Shown here: positions 11,752 to 25,715 of the stretch, piece by piece | Position numbering within the stretch: the stretch's first letter is position 1 | Layout: every line of letters starts with the position of its first letter | Assembly (NCBI GenBank): GCA_000934665.2 | Contig: JYFJ02002900.1 | Coordinates: forward strand, 1 to 49,169 | From: Catajapyx aquilonaris | Taxonomy: Eukaryota | Length of the DNA stretch: 49,169 nt | Reading direction: 5' to 3' | The notes under the pieces: model-generated | Databases searched by the model: none | What the model was told of the DNA's origin: nothing | The model's input: the letters and a program-made list of their open reading frames with translations, nothing else | Program-made: the position numbers and the translations under genes

Positions 11752-12009
11752 GGCGCGCATTCCTATCCTTGTGAGGTTTTTCCAAAATTTAAAATTTAAA
11801 ACTAACCTAACCTAACCTACAAAAACCACACCAAATTTTGGTGAAATAAATTTTTACTGTTTTTATGAGGTACTGTACTGATTTTTCCCTATCCTTGTGA
11901 GGCGTGTGTTCACTATGAGGTACAGAAAAACTACCTCGTAATGACAAAATTCCTCACAAGGATAGGACAAACGCGAAAAAAATTTCTCACAAGGATAGCA
12001 ATGCGCGTC
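11752..12009. mobile_element. About 260-bp MITE with TIRs and internal (TAACC)n
   Basis: ggcgcgcattcctatccttgtgag pairs with ctcacaaggatagcaatgcgcgtc; internal repeats of cctatccttgtgagg in both orientations. Confidence 0.75.
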
Positions 12010-12956
12010 CACACCCACCCACACACACACACTCTCTCTCTTTTTCTCTCACCTAATTTTAATTGGACTTGATGATCTACAAGGTTAAAAGCAGCATATT
12101 TTTCCACTGAAGGGCCAAAAAATCGTCTGTTATGTCCGAAATGAGGTGAAATTAGTCTGTTATATCAGGAGTAAAATACACAGAACCTTATCACTTAAAA
12201 AGGATGGGGCCAAATGGCACCATTTAGGGGTGCCAACCCATGTCCTACCAGCAGCACCCTTACGAGGGAAGCCAGGCAAGGAAACAGCTGAATTGGAGTG
12301 ACACAGGCGTGTGCGTTTTACTTTAAACTTGAGCTTCCTTTTGTACAAAATTAAATAAAATTATTATATCTTACTCTACATAAAATGGGGTTTCATATGA
12401 CGGCAGCGTAAATACAAAAATCCTTGCGTGGTTCGCAGAAATAATTGGCAAACATTTGTCTAGATTTTGCAAAACTTCACTGGCATAGACCAGAAGGTAA
12501 AAATCTACATCGTTCTAAAAAAAATTGTACTTCGCTGACTAGATGCATTCGCAGGTGCTGATACTAATTTCAAGGAAAAATTTCAAGAAGTTGTCCACAA
12601 TTAATTCGCGAAAATTTCGTGACCCTCTTTTCCCCGGATTTCCCACTACAAGACTTGATGTAATGAACTTGGGGGGGGGGGGGGGANGGAACTATGATCT
12701 AACGCCTGCGGGTATTGAAGAAGGAACTTGATTCACTTCATTGCAAAACTTCGGTATTTTTTTTCTCGGTACATTCCACTTAATACAGTACACGCAGGCT
12801 CCCAAATATCTCCATAAGGACGATTTATAATTATTCATTCACTTTAAATCACTTCCGCGTTAGTTGACTGACACAGAATTCATCATAAATACACGGTGTC
12901 CTCAATGAACCTCCCTATAGTTTCAACTTCCTACTACAGTACTACTACGCAAGTTC

Positions 12957-13172
12957 AGGGGCGTTCAGACGAGGCAACTTGGTTGCAACCAGGTTGCATG
13001 CAACATGAAATACACGGAGAGAATAGGAAGTTGCAGCAACCCAAAAAATGCTGCAACTTTTCTGCAACCGGGGGCTGCAACCAGGTTCCTATTCTTTCCG
13101 TGTATTTCAGGTTGTATGCAACCAGGTTGCAGCCACGTTGCTGCAACCAAGTTGCCTCGTCTGAACGCCCCT
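12957..13172. mobile_element. PIF/Harbinger-like MITE
   Basis: TIR AGGGGCGTTCAGACGAGGCAACTTGGTTGCA at both ends; flanks ttc and tta (imperfect TWA); internal ggttgcaacc palindromic repeats. Confidence 0.75.
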
Positions 13173-13340
13173 TTACTGGATCATGGTGTCGAAATTGTAC
13201 AAAATAATGAGAAGGGACGCTCATGAAGTTTATACTGTATTTAAAAATCAGTAGCCTTCCACATGTACTCCTTTACGAGCAAGCACAATTTACAGCCGAA
13301 AATCTCCTACCCCAAGGTGTTCTCCAGTATGTCACAGGGG

Positions 13341-13571
13341 AACCGAAGCAGGTTGGCATAGTGGATAAGGCGTCCGACTGCTAATCGGGAGGTCCTGGGT
13401 TCGAATCCCGGGGCCGGCAACCTTGACCGTGGTTTTCTGTGGTTTTCCACGGTCTTTCTAGGATAATTCCGGGGTCGCTTCCGTATAATAGGCCACAGCC
13501 GCTTCCTTCCTTCCCTATCCTTGGAGGTTGAAAGGCAATGCTGGGCCAACCTCCTTAAATATCAATTATAA
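13341..13571 (+). mobile_element. tRNA-derived SINE, full length
   Basis: A box TGGCATAGTGG (13354-13364), B box GGTTCGAATCC (13398-13408); body ggttttc..ggttttcc...aggccacagccgcttccttcc; AT-rich tail; perfect 15-bp TSD AGTATGTCACAGGGG (13326-13340 and 13572-13586). Confidence 0.93.
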
Positions 13572-15511
13572 AGTATGTCACAGGGGTGATGGAGGACACG
13601 TCATTATTTGGGCTGTTTACTTTAGTTGTATAGGCTGTCTTGGAGTTGTGGAAGGTGCAATGTCCAGCATGCCTATAGCACTTTTGTGATTAACTTCAGC
13701 TCGGCTAACCACCACACAACTTGCATTTTCTCCCTCTGTATATATAGACGCTATGTTTGCATCTTCCGACACCATCCCCACAAGAGCACCACCACATCAC
13801 ATAGGCTGTTCCGAAATTTCAGGATGAAACTTGTTGAGTCTCCAGACCTTTTAAACAACCAAAACCTTAAAGACCTCTGCATTTCTATTTTTTATACCGC
13901 TCTTTGAAACTAGGGACATTCATATTGGCCACCCTGTACTGTATAATTAATAAATAATTGGGAAACTACGATCTTCCATGCCTATAAACAAACACACATG
14001 GCGTAATTAATAATTCTATATAAGACACTTAAAAATTAAAATAACTACTTATCTGCTTTGTTTTGGTTATCGGCGTCAATTCACAATAATTAGCACAGGA
14101 CGCTAACTGACATTTACACATCGTTATATCCGTTTAAAGTATTGATTTAGTGAACGTTTTTCTTGCCTCCTGTAAAATACAGCCTCCTGGTATCATGTGA
14201 TGTTTTTCTAGGAAAAAAGTCTTCGATTGTAAACATCCCCTCTGTATACAGGCAACGGCAACAAACCGGTTTATTTTAAAATGTGGCTACGTGCTATCTG
14301 CAACACACTTCCAAGGATGACCTCAGAAAGTATATCGGCTTCTTTGAAAATGCGTGACGTCAGAAACCGCGAAATCACGTCATCCACGTACAAGACTGAA
14401 ATTCTGCTCTCACATATGATAACCCTCCACCTTTTTATATCAAACAGTGGAGGAATCCTTTTGCCATTTTTACACTAAACCCGCTAATTTCCGTCGATAG
14501 AACTAGCGTGCCAAAATTAGCGACTGATGCATTTGCTTACTAGAACTCGCGTATACTGGTACTCAGAATGGCTCTCATGTCACGAGGATGCTGCCAACAT
14601 AGCAGTATTCCCATTGCATAATAGATGGCGCGAACGTCTCGACAAAACCTCAGAGAAATACTGCGCTGCGGTTCGAAAAAAAAAGATCAGAATGAAGAAG
14701 GCATATCACGAATTTGCAATATCCCCAATGCCTCTCGTGGGACTAAATAGATTGGTTGCTGAGATCGATAAAACCTATTCGTTTTCCCATCGAGTTGTTT
14801 TTGGTATCCAATCCCCATCCATCTAACCCCTCTTCGGCCGCTTTTGACTTATTTGGGTGTTTCCCTTGTCGTGGTTGACACCGCACACGCGATTCTATAT
14901 CCAAAACCACTAGCAAGCCAGACACTGATTACAGGCCTTGGACCCCCAAAATCGATCACCTATATGTACACCACGAAACCAGACGACAACTACTCGACAT
15001 ATTTAAATTCATAATTTATTACTCAGTTATAAGTCATAATAAGCTATATTCTGGAAGTCACTGGACTGTCAACACGTACATAAGAATTATCTTATCAACA
15101 CTGGCGGGGGAGGGTGGGGAAACAAACATCCGCCTATCCCAAGCCTGCAGTTATATGGGAAAATCCTCTGATTCCATGGTTAGGTTGTAGGTGGCGCCTG
15201 GTTATATTGTAAATATATATATGCAGTCTCCCGCGCCGGTACGAGCAAGTGCGCGAAAGGTACAAGTCAGTGCGCTGGGTAGTCTGCGCATGCACAGGAC
15301 TTAAAGGCAACCAGGGTTGCTCGGAAGGTGCCAAGTTCCGATCCGGGAGTCGACGAATCGATACCTTACCTACCTACCTCTCTCAGTCCGGCATCTTCCC
15401 CCTACCCCGCCCCATCATCTGCCCCTTGGGTCATCTTCTGTACTCGACGACCCCGTACGTCACCCCAGCTCAGGCTGGCCAGTATCCAGTGGCCCCGGGT
15501 TTGCACCCACC

Positions 15512-15596
15512 ATGAACATGTCTGTGGCTCAATGGCTGAAGGATAACCTCCTCCTCTTGGCCACCATCTTCGGTGTGGCCGTTGGAGTTGCTCTCG
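15512..15596 (+). CDS. Eaat2: EAAT exon 1 ([31 protein letters not shown]1)
   Basis: ccaccATG Kozak-like context; donor G|gtaagt at 15597, phase 1. Confidence 0.88.
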
Positions 15597-18500
15597 GTAA
15601 GTTTCTATATATTTTGTCAATTATCGTATGTATGTCTGTTGTATACTATTTGCATACTACCCCACTTCCCTCCCACCTGTCCCGCCTCCCCCGCCCTCTT
15701 TCCTCTCCCAACTTCGGGAACATTTTGTGGTGCTCCAAATCGATATATCGAGTGATACCTGCGGGGTTCAGCTCATGACGTATTATTTGATGCTACAATG
15801 GGGTTAGCCGAAGAGGTGTTATGACCCGGATGCAAATCCATAGCTCCAAGAACATTCGTGATAGCCCCAATGGTCAACTTGGAAATATCCATTAAATTAT
15901 GCCCTTTGGATCGACATCTGTTTGGCACACTTTATGTTCCGAGCATATCTTCAGATAGGTCTATGTACCGGCATGCACTACGCGAAAAACCCCTGATATA
16001 AAAAGGGGACTGCGCAACGAGATTCAGCTGGTCCCTAGGAGCCAGATTAAAATTGCAAATTTTTGGCACGCCAGTAATCGATTGGGAGAGATGTGTACTG
16101 CGTCAGTTCATAATCAATCGTTGCGTTCTGCTCATTTGCATGGATAATGCCAGAAATGTGCTGGTTTTTGCATCAGGAGGCGCAGGCACGCGACGTAAAT
16201 TAGACGTGGAATGTACTGTACGTCGGCGAACAAGTCCGTTGAGTAAGTCAGGAAAATCCGGGCCAGTCGATATTTTCCAGCGGTCTCCAGGATCAAGTCA
16301 TACACAGGCGCTGTCCGATTTGGATTCAACACGCCCAATCCTGTTGTTTTAAGCCCGAGGTCTGTTTGTCTTCAAATGAAAAAAAATAAATTGCGACAAC
16401 AGTAAATATCCAGCCGAAATGTACAAGGTGCACAGAAACCTGTTTCATTTAGAACTCTCGAACAGGTAAGAAGGTTGCATAACCGTGACGTCAGAGAATA
16501 CACAAATGCCTGCGGAACAGCTTCAATTCATGCAAGTTTCCGCGCAAGGTGCGGGAGAGGCTTGAGAAGAATCTATTTCTCGGTTGACAAAACCACTATT
16601 TAGGTCACTACTATTTTGAGGATGGACACTTGGCAGAAATACTTGCTGCACTTCTGCTTATGTGCAAAAAAAATAATAGCATTACTCGTGAGAAATCTGG
16701 CCGAAGTGTTGCGGATTTTAAACTGACGCCAAGATATGTCGCACTTAGTATCTATGTGCACATATGTTGTAATACACTTGATAGGACCGCTCTGCGATTC
16801 ATCAAGCCATTCTGTGTATTTAGGTCATATGAGACAAAAAAAATGGCATGAAAAAGTTGCTATGTTTTATTAGTGTACTATCACATGTGGCGCATGTGGC
16901 ACTCAGGCCTGTGAGTCAGAGTGGAAATTGTGGAGAAAACAATACGCACATATATGAATATAAGCCTCATTATATTATATTCAGATTCTCTGCATTCTAG
17001 GAATGCAATATTGGACAAACATTCAGATCCGGTATCCTTTATAACTGAATTATAAAAAGATGCGCAAGTTCACGACCTAAAAAGGAACTTATAAAGAATG
17101 GAATAATTTCTTTTTTTTCCAGGAGTGTCTTTACGACCTTTGGAGTTAGGACCGGATGCCCAACTACTTTTGGGCTACCCTGGAGAGCTGTTCATGAGGC
17201 TCCTCCAACTCCTAATCCTGCCCTTGGTCATCGCTAGTCTCATCACAGGTAACTTACATACCCATTGTCCTTTGTTTTATGTCTTTCGTTTTTTATGTCC
17301 GACGTTACGAAACAGCAACAAGAGTAAAAGACCATATATGAAATGATAGGATGAGAGGGGCTGGAAAATTTGAGACAATGACTCCTCTTAGAAGTCGGAG
17401 GGATAAAAAGGGTGCAATCTTAGGGGCTGATGAAGGGGTTTCAAAGTGTGGCCATTAAAAGAGTGGCGTAAGGCCTTATAAGAGTGGCCAGATGTTCCGG
17501 ACGAGTTAACATTTACCCTTGAGATGATTGCAGAAGGGAAGGTGCAGAAGTTAAGAATCTTATTCGATCGTGGACAATGTTAAGTGCAAGAGCCTATTTA
17601 GTAGCAGTTATTTTCTACCCAGCAATAGCTTACGTGCACATTTGCACGAAAAGTCTCCTCTCATCTATTTTCATGCCTCGTGACGTCACCGTTGTAAAAA
17701 GGAGTCAATGGTGTTAACGACTCTCTTAAAGCGTTCACAAAAAAATGCCGGACTGCACACGAACATTGAACTTCGCTCCAGTGCCAAAAACGCACAATTT
17801 CCCCTCAAAAAATTTCACGAGATATTGTACTATTTGTACGCCCTTCCAGTTATTTTTCCCTTCACATCAGTCATGCTCTTACGTCTAATCTAATCATGCA
17901 TGTGAGCACAGTTGACGCAACAACTGTTGCCTCTCATAAGGCCTCACATGTGGGTAACGCTCCGAAAAAAAAATGCTGTTTCAAGTGCTAAAAGTGGGTA
18001 CAATCGACTCGCGGCTACATCAATATGGCCGCAAACCATGAAAGGGATACTTTTCCCACGTAGTCTTGAGATTGATGTTGGAAGGTTTATCAATATTCAT
18101 TGCAAAGGGACCGGCCTGCTGGGGATTATCATAACATCGAATTCCGATAAGGTCCCAGTCACGGCTATGTCGGATAGACTTGCATTGCACTATGTGATTT
18201 AATAATTAAATCGCATCATATAACCCTTGACGCAACTTGGTTTGCAACACTGCAGATGCACCGTTGTAAACTGGAGGTTATGTCTACTTCCATATTTCTG
18301 ACATTATTAGCGAGTGAAAGTCGTATACTATTGGACATGCACACAAACGTGTAAATTTTTTATGGCCTATAAAATCATGCAAAATTGGACAGGCGAACTT
18401 GAGTATGAGTGAGTCAGTTCAGTTGGAAAGATATTATAGTGAGTGCATTGACTTAGTCTATAGTCACTTTGGTCTATACAAGGGGTTAAGAAACGACCGA

Positions 18501-21500
18501 AAAATGACATTTTATGAGCACGACAGTTCGACGTGCTCTGCGGTACGGGGTAGAACGAAAGGACATAACGATTAGCATTGGGTACACTCAAATGTGCGTA
18601 AATAAAGAAATTGATTAACTTTTTTTGCAAAACAAAATCAATGGCAATGAAGGTGATCGTGAATATACTAGTAGGTCATTAGACTTTGACCGCTCCTTAT
18701 TTACATGCGAGAAATTCGCGAAAAGTACACTTATCCGTTGGATACCCCTAAAATAATAATTCAAACATAATAATGTCAGCACATTTTATGCGTTCCAGAT
18801 ATAGAGCATGAATACTGTACGTCTATGTCAGCATTGTGACGTGTTTTCGCACTCTGCCCCCCTTAGTGGCGGCGCAGATTTATGACGGAAAAGCGTAAGC
18901 AGGTTTTTTCCTTCTCCATTCTCAATGATCCCTTTATCGAGAATTTTTCCGAACCTGAAATTGCCATTCTCTGCGATAGAATGCAGTTAATTTTAAAAAT
19001 ACAATAGAAGAACCTTGGCCGTTACGACGCATTTACCCGACTTTTGCGTTACTCTTGAATAAATTGCGGGCATAAAAATTTTAATATATTGTCCATCCAG
19101 GTTTTTTTTGTATTTTACGCAGCGTTACGTAACTGGAACAGTGTGTAGCAAGTGTGCGCCAATGTATATTTTAAATCAAGGTGAACGTGATATTAATGTA
19201 GGTCATTATCAAAACCAGGCTACCTTACGTTGTCAAAGGTATATTAATTTCTGGTTACAGGCATCAACTCGTATTTCCAATATATGGAACGTTCTCACCT
19301 CGTGTCCAATTCTCATTGGGCAAGGTCACCTGGACCGTGAAGATACTCACTAAATCTGAAATTCCTGTTTTTTTTTAAAGTGTTCGACCAGAAGGTTGCC
19401 TGGTTTTGATAATGACCTATACCTTTATGTTGGGCTGTATGTATGATACAGTCTGTACATTATTAGTTGCCACTGTATATGTTTTGGCATGAGAACATAA
19501 TCTGATGTGAAGATTATTATTATGGCTTATATTGCTTCTATGCATCATTCCATAATCACAAAATTGATATAGGTGCCACCCGCGTCTATGACGACATGCG
19601 CTAATGACCTGCCCGCAGTAAATCAATAACTTGCGAAATCATGATTTCTTAATTTCCAAGAAGCAGAATTCCAGCCATAAATCTGAATTTCCTGCACATT
19701 AATTTTGGCATAAAGTCTGACTCATGGGGGGGGGGGGAACTAACACTACGCAATGCAAAAAAAGCGATTAAATCTCATGACAAATCACTGTCCTTGTGAA
19801 GGCTCGTAACTGACCCTAACAATTCATTTTAGGGTCAGCCAGCTTGAACGCCCGTCTGAATGGCAAGATCGCAGCCAGAACCATCGTATATTTCCTGGTT
19901 ACATCACTCTTCAACGCCATCTTCGGTGTGGTGTTAGCCGTCGCCCTACATCCAGGCGACCCTGCCACCAGGGATGACCTCAGAAAAGCAGCGGCACCCA
20001 AAAAGGTCAACATTCTGGACAGTTTTCTGGACCTCGGACGGTGAGTTTGGTCATCGCNCCCCCCCCCCCCCCAAAAGCGACTGCGTTTATTATTACTGTG
20101 GTTGTTCCGAGAGTGGGATGCCAAGTACAACCCTGTTTATGACCCAATAAAGAGGTCACTTACCGTTTCTCAGAACCCATTTTTAAACTCAACTGTTGAC
20201 GGGATTTCCCTACATGTTCTGTCTTATTGTATTGCAACAACTGATGACATGATTGAGCTATTGCAACACACACACACTTTTGTGGTATACTGGTTAGCGT
20301 GCGAGTAATTCAACGTGGGTTGATGTGCCTACTTAAGTGGTTGGTTACACCCTTGTCACGTACCTACCCGCATCAGAAGTGATGGGAGGATGTGCAATCG
20401 ATACCGTTTCCTTTGTCGAAAAAAACCCGAAATAGAGGGACCTGGGGTCTGACATTTTTGAGCAGAGCAATTGGAAAATGTCAGGTGAAAGACATCACTT
20501 TTTGAAAATGTCAACGTGTGGTGCTATAGAAATTTTAAAAAACGAGTGTGCTAAGAATGGATACGAATAACGGGAATGACCTAGTAAACAGCATGGGGCA
20601 GACGGCGTGATTGTAATGCCAAATTTTTTTATGTAATAAGAGTCATAGCTTATTAGTACAATGCTGGACATATTAACAATCCCTATAGTTGCCAGAAAAC
20701 GCCAGCGCTGCTAGTGCCGAATTTAGGGACTGCTAATATGTCCAGTACTGTACAAAGTTGCGAATACTAGTTGATTTTGGCATGTGTCGCCACATTTTTC
20801 AAAAATAGGCGTCATCTGGTTAATCCGTCCCCTATACTATACGGGGTGTTTGACACGCAGCACAATGAAGCCAAAATCAACTACAGTTGAATCCGGATAT
20901 AACAGACTTCAAGGGATGTAGGAAATCAGTATGTTATACCCAAGGCTGTTATATCCGGATTCGACTGTATTGTTCGCGGAATATCGCAAATGACCTAATC
21001 CTGAAGTGTGCCAAATTTTTAAACACACTATCGGCATTGTATCAAACACTTATCTGGTAGCACCGGATTTCATTGTTCGACACAGTGACCTACACGATAT
21101 TCGTACAATCACCGTATTCATTCCAGCTGTGTCAGCACAGTTTTCACAAACGCCGCATTATATAAGCAAGATCTTTATCATACGTAAATACAAAGGATGA
21201 GACATAAGGAAACATAAAATTTTGAAATATGATAAAAGTTGCATTTGTTCAGAGAAATATCATGTTAGCTATAACCTCATGACTAGCGACCCCATTTCCG
21301 TTTTCAGTCCTATCAGAAACGACTTTCGAGCCCACATAAAACTGATTTCATTTCGAAATGATAACAAGCGACAGCTGCCTAGGATGATGAAGTTTGCTCG
21401 GTATTAACACTACCAATAGGACAAAATCCGGGAGAAAATCCTTGCCCTATCATATTAACCAATATGTGTCGTGACGTCACAAAAATGAACCTCCCTTAGC

Positions 21501-24500
21501 TTACCCTTTCAAACGTACCCTCATGATGCCCTTGAAGGGGTGAAAAAAGGATTCTCTGGCCATGTGTCCTTTACGAATTGGCTCCCTGCCCCCNNNCCCC
21601 CCCCCCCCCATCCACCTCCAGTTACTTACATTCAAGACAGCACGAGTTATGCAGTCGTTAACATCAAACCTGGTCGGAATATGTCCCTTTCGCCCTTCCC
21701 CCCCCCTCTCGACAGGATTTCGAATTTTATTAATAGCATCTATATCTAAGCATTTTATCAACGTGTAAATATATGCATACCCTCTAAACGGACTGGTTCG
21801 GACCACCAATTGCGCAGGGACGTAATCTGGTTCAAGTACAAACTGTTGCACTCTTGGTTGCACTCGTATAAACTTTATGGAAGTGCAGTAGCCCTTTGGT
21901 CTGATAATGTCTGAAGCTATACAGTATGTTTAGATTTTGACCCAGGCCTAGATTCTTCAATGGCATGCGCAAATACAGTTGAATGACTCGTATTTTGTAC
22001 AGGATTTATTTACACAAGATACCTGACCTCTTATCTGATGTGTTGAAAACTGCGCGTCAGGTGCAGTCGACGGTACACACTGTACGGCATTACACGCAAC
22101 GCAAATTTAAAAATTCGTATGTGTTGAAATTGGCAGAGTTCCATCGAGGGGTGTTTCCACCACCATAAGCAACTTCCTGGACCGACAATCGCAGGAATAA
22201 ACTCCGCACAAAGAGGAATGGGCCGAAGGGAATGCGTTATGCCTATTCTTATGTAGAAATGACTTCACTCAGCACATGCTCACGGGGGGAGGGAGGGGGG
22301 AGGTTAATTATGCACCGACAACTGCAGGAAATTCTCGATCAGGTCCTGAACCAAAGTGTTTCAAAAATGTTTAATATGTGCACGTATCACCATATAGAGT
22401 CATGGCTAAATATATGGGATTGCGTTATAGTTGGATTTAAGTATCAGTGTGAGCAGGTCACTTATAGTGTCGTTGGATCAATAGTTAAGCGTGACTATCC
22501 TCCCCGCCCACGCTTTAATTTTAATGTAAATCGATTTTTTATGCACCCCATTCATGCAGCCTATCAGCTGGCAATAGCTGGTTTCTTTGAAATTATCAAT
22601 CAATAAGTTGCAGCGATGGCCCTGAATCGCAAATTGTCAAATCATAGCCCACGGAGTTGCGCAAATCTCATTGCATCACGACTTTTTTCCATGACTCAAC
22701 TATACAGCTTATAATCTATTGGTAGATGCACGGTACACGATAGGTTCTATCAGAATGATATATCTAACTGAATGTAAGAGTAATAATATTGCTGTAACGT
22801 TGAGAAATAATTGCGATACACAATGCATAGCATACATATTGTGTAGAAATCGTAACATTGTTCTATATCAACAACTGATATGAATGATATTGCGATTGAT
22901 CAGTCGCGTATATTTCAAATGTCACTACATCATCTCTGTATGACATTGTTGCAAGAGCATAGCAAACTTCGCTAGAAATGTTTCTGAAAACGCGTGACCA
23001 TGGTACAAAAATAAGAACATCAGATATTTCCTTCCCCCCCCCCCCTCCCGCCCCCTCACTGACTTGAGTACTATTTAGTCACTGCCTGTGGCAACGAATG
23101 GTCTTTAATCATACGATTTAAAATAGATATTGTGCCACACTAACTTTGCACGTGATGACCCCAACCTTATCACCGGCTTCCATTTTAATCTATGTGACAT
23201 CAAAATTCCCTTGCATCCGTATTAGCTAACAGGAACGGGATCGCCAAGTAGATAAAAAGAATACAACCCTGATATTGTGAGAAGGCCCCATCATTTTTTT
23301 CATCACATACTATAGGTTATACGTAGGAGATAAGTTCACTTCCTTAACTGAATGTTATCAACGCGGTTTGATTCTTATGGCGCCACGGCTCTCTGTACAT
23401 GTTTTCTGTACAGATATTCTGAATTGCTACGGATGCAGTGTAAAGCCTATAACGCAAAACATAGGAGACGACAACAACACGGCGGCTAATTTGGGTTTGT
23501 AAACATCAACAAGGTTGTTTCTACCGTCGTCTCCCGTTTAAAAAAAATCTGCATTTTGACAACAGCGTATATACTTTTGGCGACAAGAAAAAATCGTGTC
23601 AGCATCTGAAGACAATCAATACATACTTGCCGTTACTTACCTGGTATGACAAATATATATGCGACAACATGCTTGCTTGGCACGCTATCCTACTTGTTGT
23701 GAACAAGATACATCGCGACCTGTTATTGATTACACCATCTGATTTTCTGATGGTGATAGAAAACCACATTGTTAGTGAATGTCAGACGCAGGGCGGATGT
23801 GGCTACTACACAAGCGTACAAAGTGTCAGGTGAATGTGTCATATAAACAATAACAACATAAAATGAATTTGTTGCGTGATGTGGCGCAAAGAAATGACGC
23901 ATTTCGGTACGTGTAGTATTATTGAAAAACTGAAGAATATAAAATTGTAGGCCTATGCATAGGTAGCACAGGTAGCAAAAACATTTGTCGCAGAAATATT
24001 GTGGCGTCACGGCTTTTTCACTTCCTCGTAGCACAGTATTATCCTGCATAATAATAAAACTGGTATATAAAACTGCGTCGTCAGCAATGCACCTTTTTTC
24101 TATACTCTGGTATATAGACATTGCAGCTATAGCTTTTTATCAACTGCACAGGTTTCGACTTTTTAAAAACTATTCAAATCGCTTTAAACGTTTATGCGTC
24201 ATAAACCCGACTATCTAATACCGTACTACAGTTTCCATGGCTATGTTGGCCACTTTGGCAAATATTCCCCAGGACAAAATTATTATGCCCTGCATCCCAG
24301 CGAGTAGCAGGCTATTGAAACGCATCCCGTAGAAAATCAATCGATAGATATTAATAGAATGATCAATGGCAATAATTACTTCTTAATGAGCGATTAACCT
24401 CCGCATCAATAAATTATTACCTGACAATGGGTTCGATATGTCCACTAATTAAGCCCCTTAATTCAATCTGGTATGAATCAAAGGTTGACCCAATATCATC

Positions 24501-25651
24501 TTGATCACAAGGCCCATCAGTGCTATTATTAAATTATAATAGACTTTAAAATGTGCGATGGTTCAGGTAGATGCACCGTTCCCCTCCCCCCTCCCCCCAT
24601 GTATCTGACTGCTAAATTCCAATTTATTTCAGAAACATGATCCCCGACAACATGTTCCAGGCCTTGTTCCAGCAGGTAAGCCTGACACCCCCCATCAGCC
24701 GATGGGGTACGTTGATGATGACGGGGGTTGATTAAGTGAGTGATTGGATAGACTTTCTGTGACGCTTGCTACATGTGTGTGTACGTGAGTGAGTGAGAGA
24801 AGAGAGAAAGAGGGAGAGAGAGAGAGATGGTAAGGGTGAGGGGGCGAAGAGAGAGTAAAGGACGTCCCAGAATAAACTTGCTTTACGGCTTCTCTAATTT
24901 CCGAGCCAGTGTTTTTTTGGCTTCCAGCTGGCCCCGGAGGCGTCGCTCTCATAATGTATATCAGGAACAAAATTTGAATTGACTTACGTTCATTTTGAGC
25001 AGTACCGGTGGATAGAACATGGCCGCGATGCGTGTTTGCACCGGTCTAGTTTGGACCTACTATAGCAATAATAATTAGGCATTTTATTGCTTCAGCCTTA
25101 TCAGCGCTTAGTTAGTAGTTTGCGCAGGTAGTGCCAGATGTATGCTATTTTCTAGGCGTCGTAATCATATAGGAATGAGTTATAGGTCAAACTATATGAC
25201 AGCCAGAGACAAACTACGGCTAAACTGTATTAGTTATTTGTACTAACAATAAGGCGCGCCACGTTCTGGCGAATGAATCGAGGTCATTTGATTATTATTG
25301 GCCCCGAACGTGAATATTACTATTGATCAAAATGCTTGCCACGAGTTAGACACATTTCAGCCTCTCGAAAGGATTCAATGAGAATTATGCATGGCCGTCT
25401 GGGCACGAAGCTCTTGAGAGTTCAAGGTTTTTCGTCTTATTCTCTTTCTTTAATCGTGCTTGATCCTACTGTATAATATGGCCAACCGGTTCCTGAGTGA
25501 TGGCACTTTTTTCTCCTTACGTATATATGTCTAGGGATGAAAGTTTGACGTACCGAGTCTAGTTATTTGTGTTAGCATGCAAACGCTGTCTGGAATTACA
25601 ATGAGCTATGTATATATTAGTTGACGCCAAAATTCCAGAGCCAGTTCACTC

Positions 25652-25715
<64 letters not shown>

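Noticed and set aside
13348..13418. tRNA-Ser(GCT) gene
   Set aside because: No long variable arm, poor acceptor stem, continues into a SINE body and is bounded by a 15-bp TSD
15211..15297. EAAT core promoter (TA-rich run, TCAGT, tgcgcatgca)
   Set aside because: TATA-to-Inr spacing is about 50 nt and the motifs are too short to support without TSS data
18221..18489. piggyBac-like element (taaCCCTT...AAGGGGttaa)
   Set aside because: Terminal match is only about 6 bp and the left TTAA is imperfect
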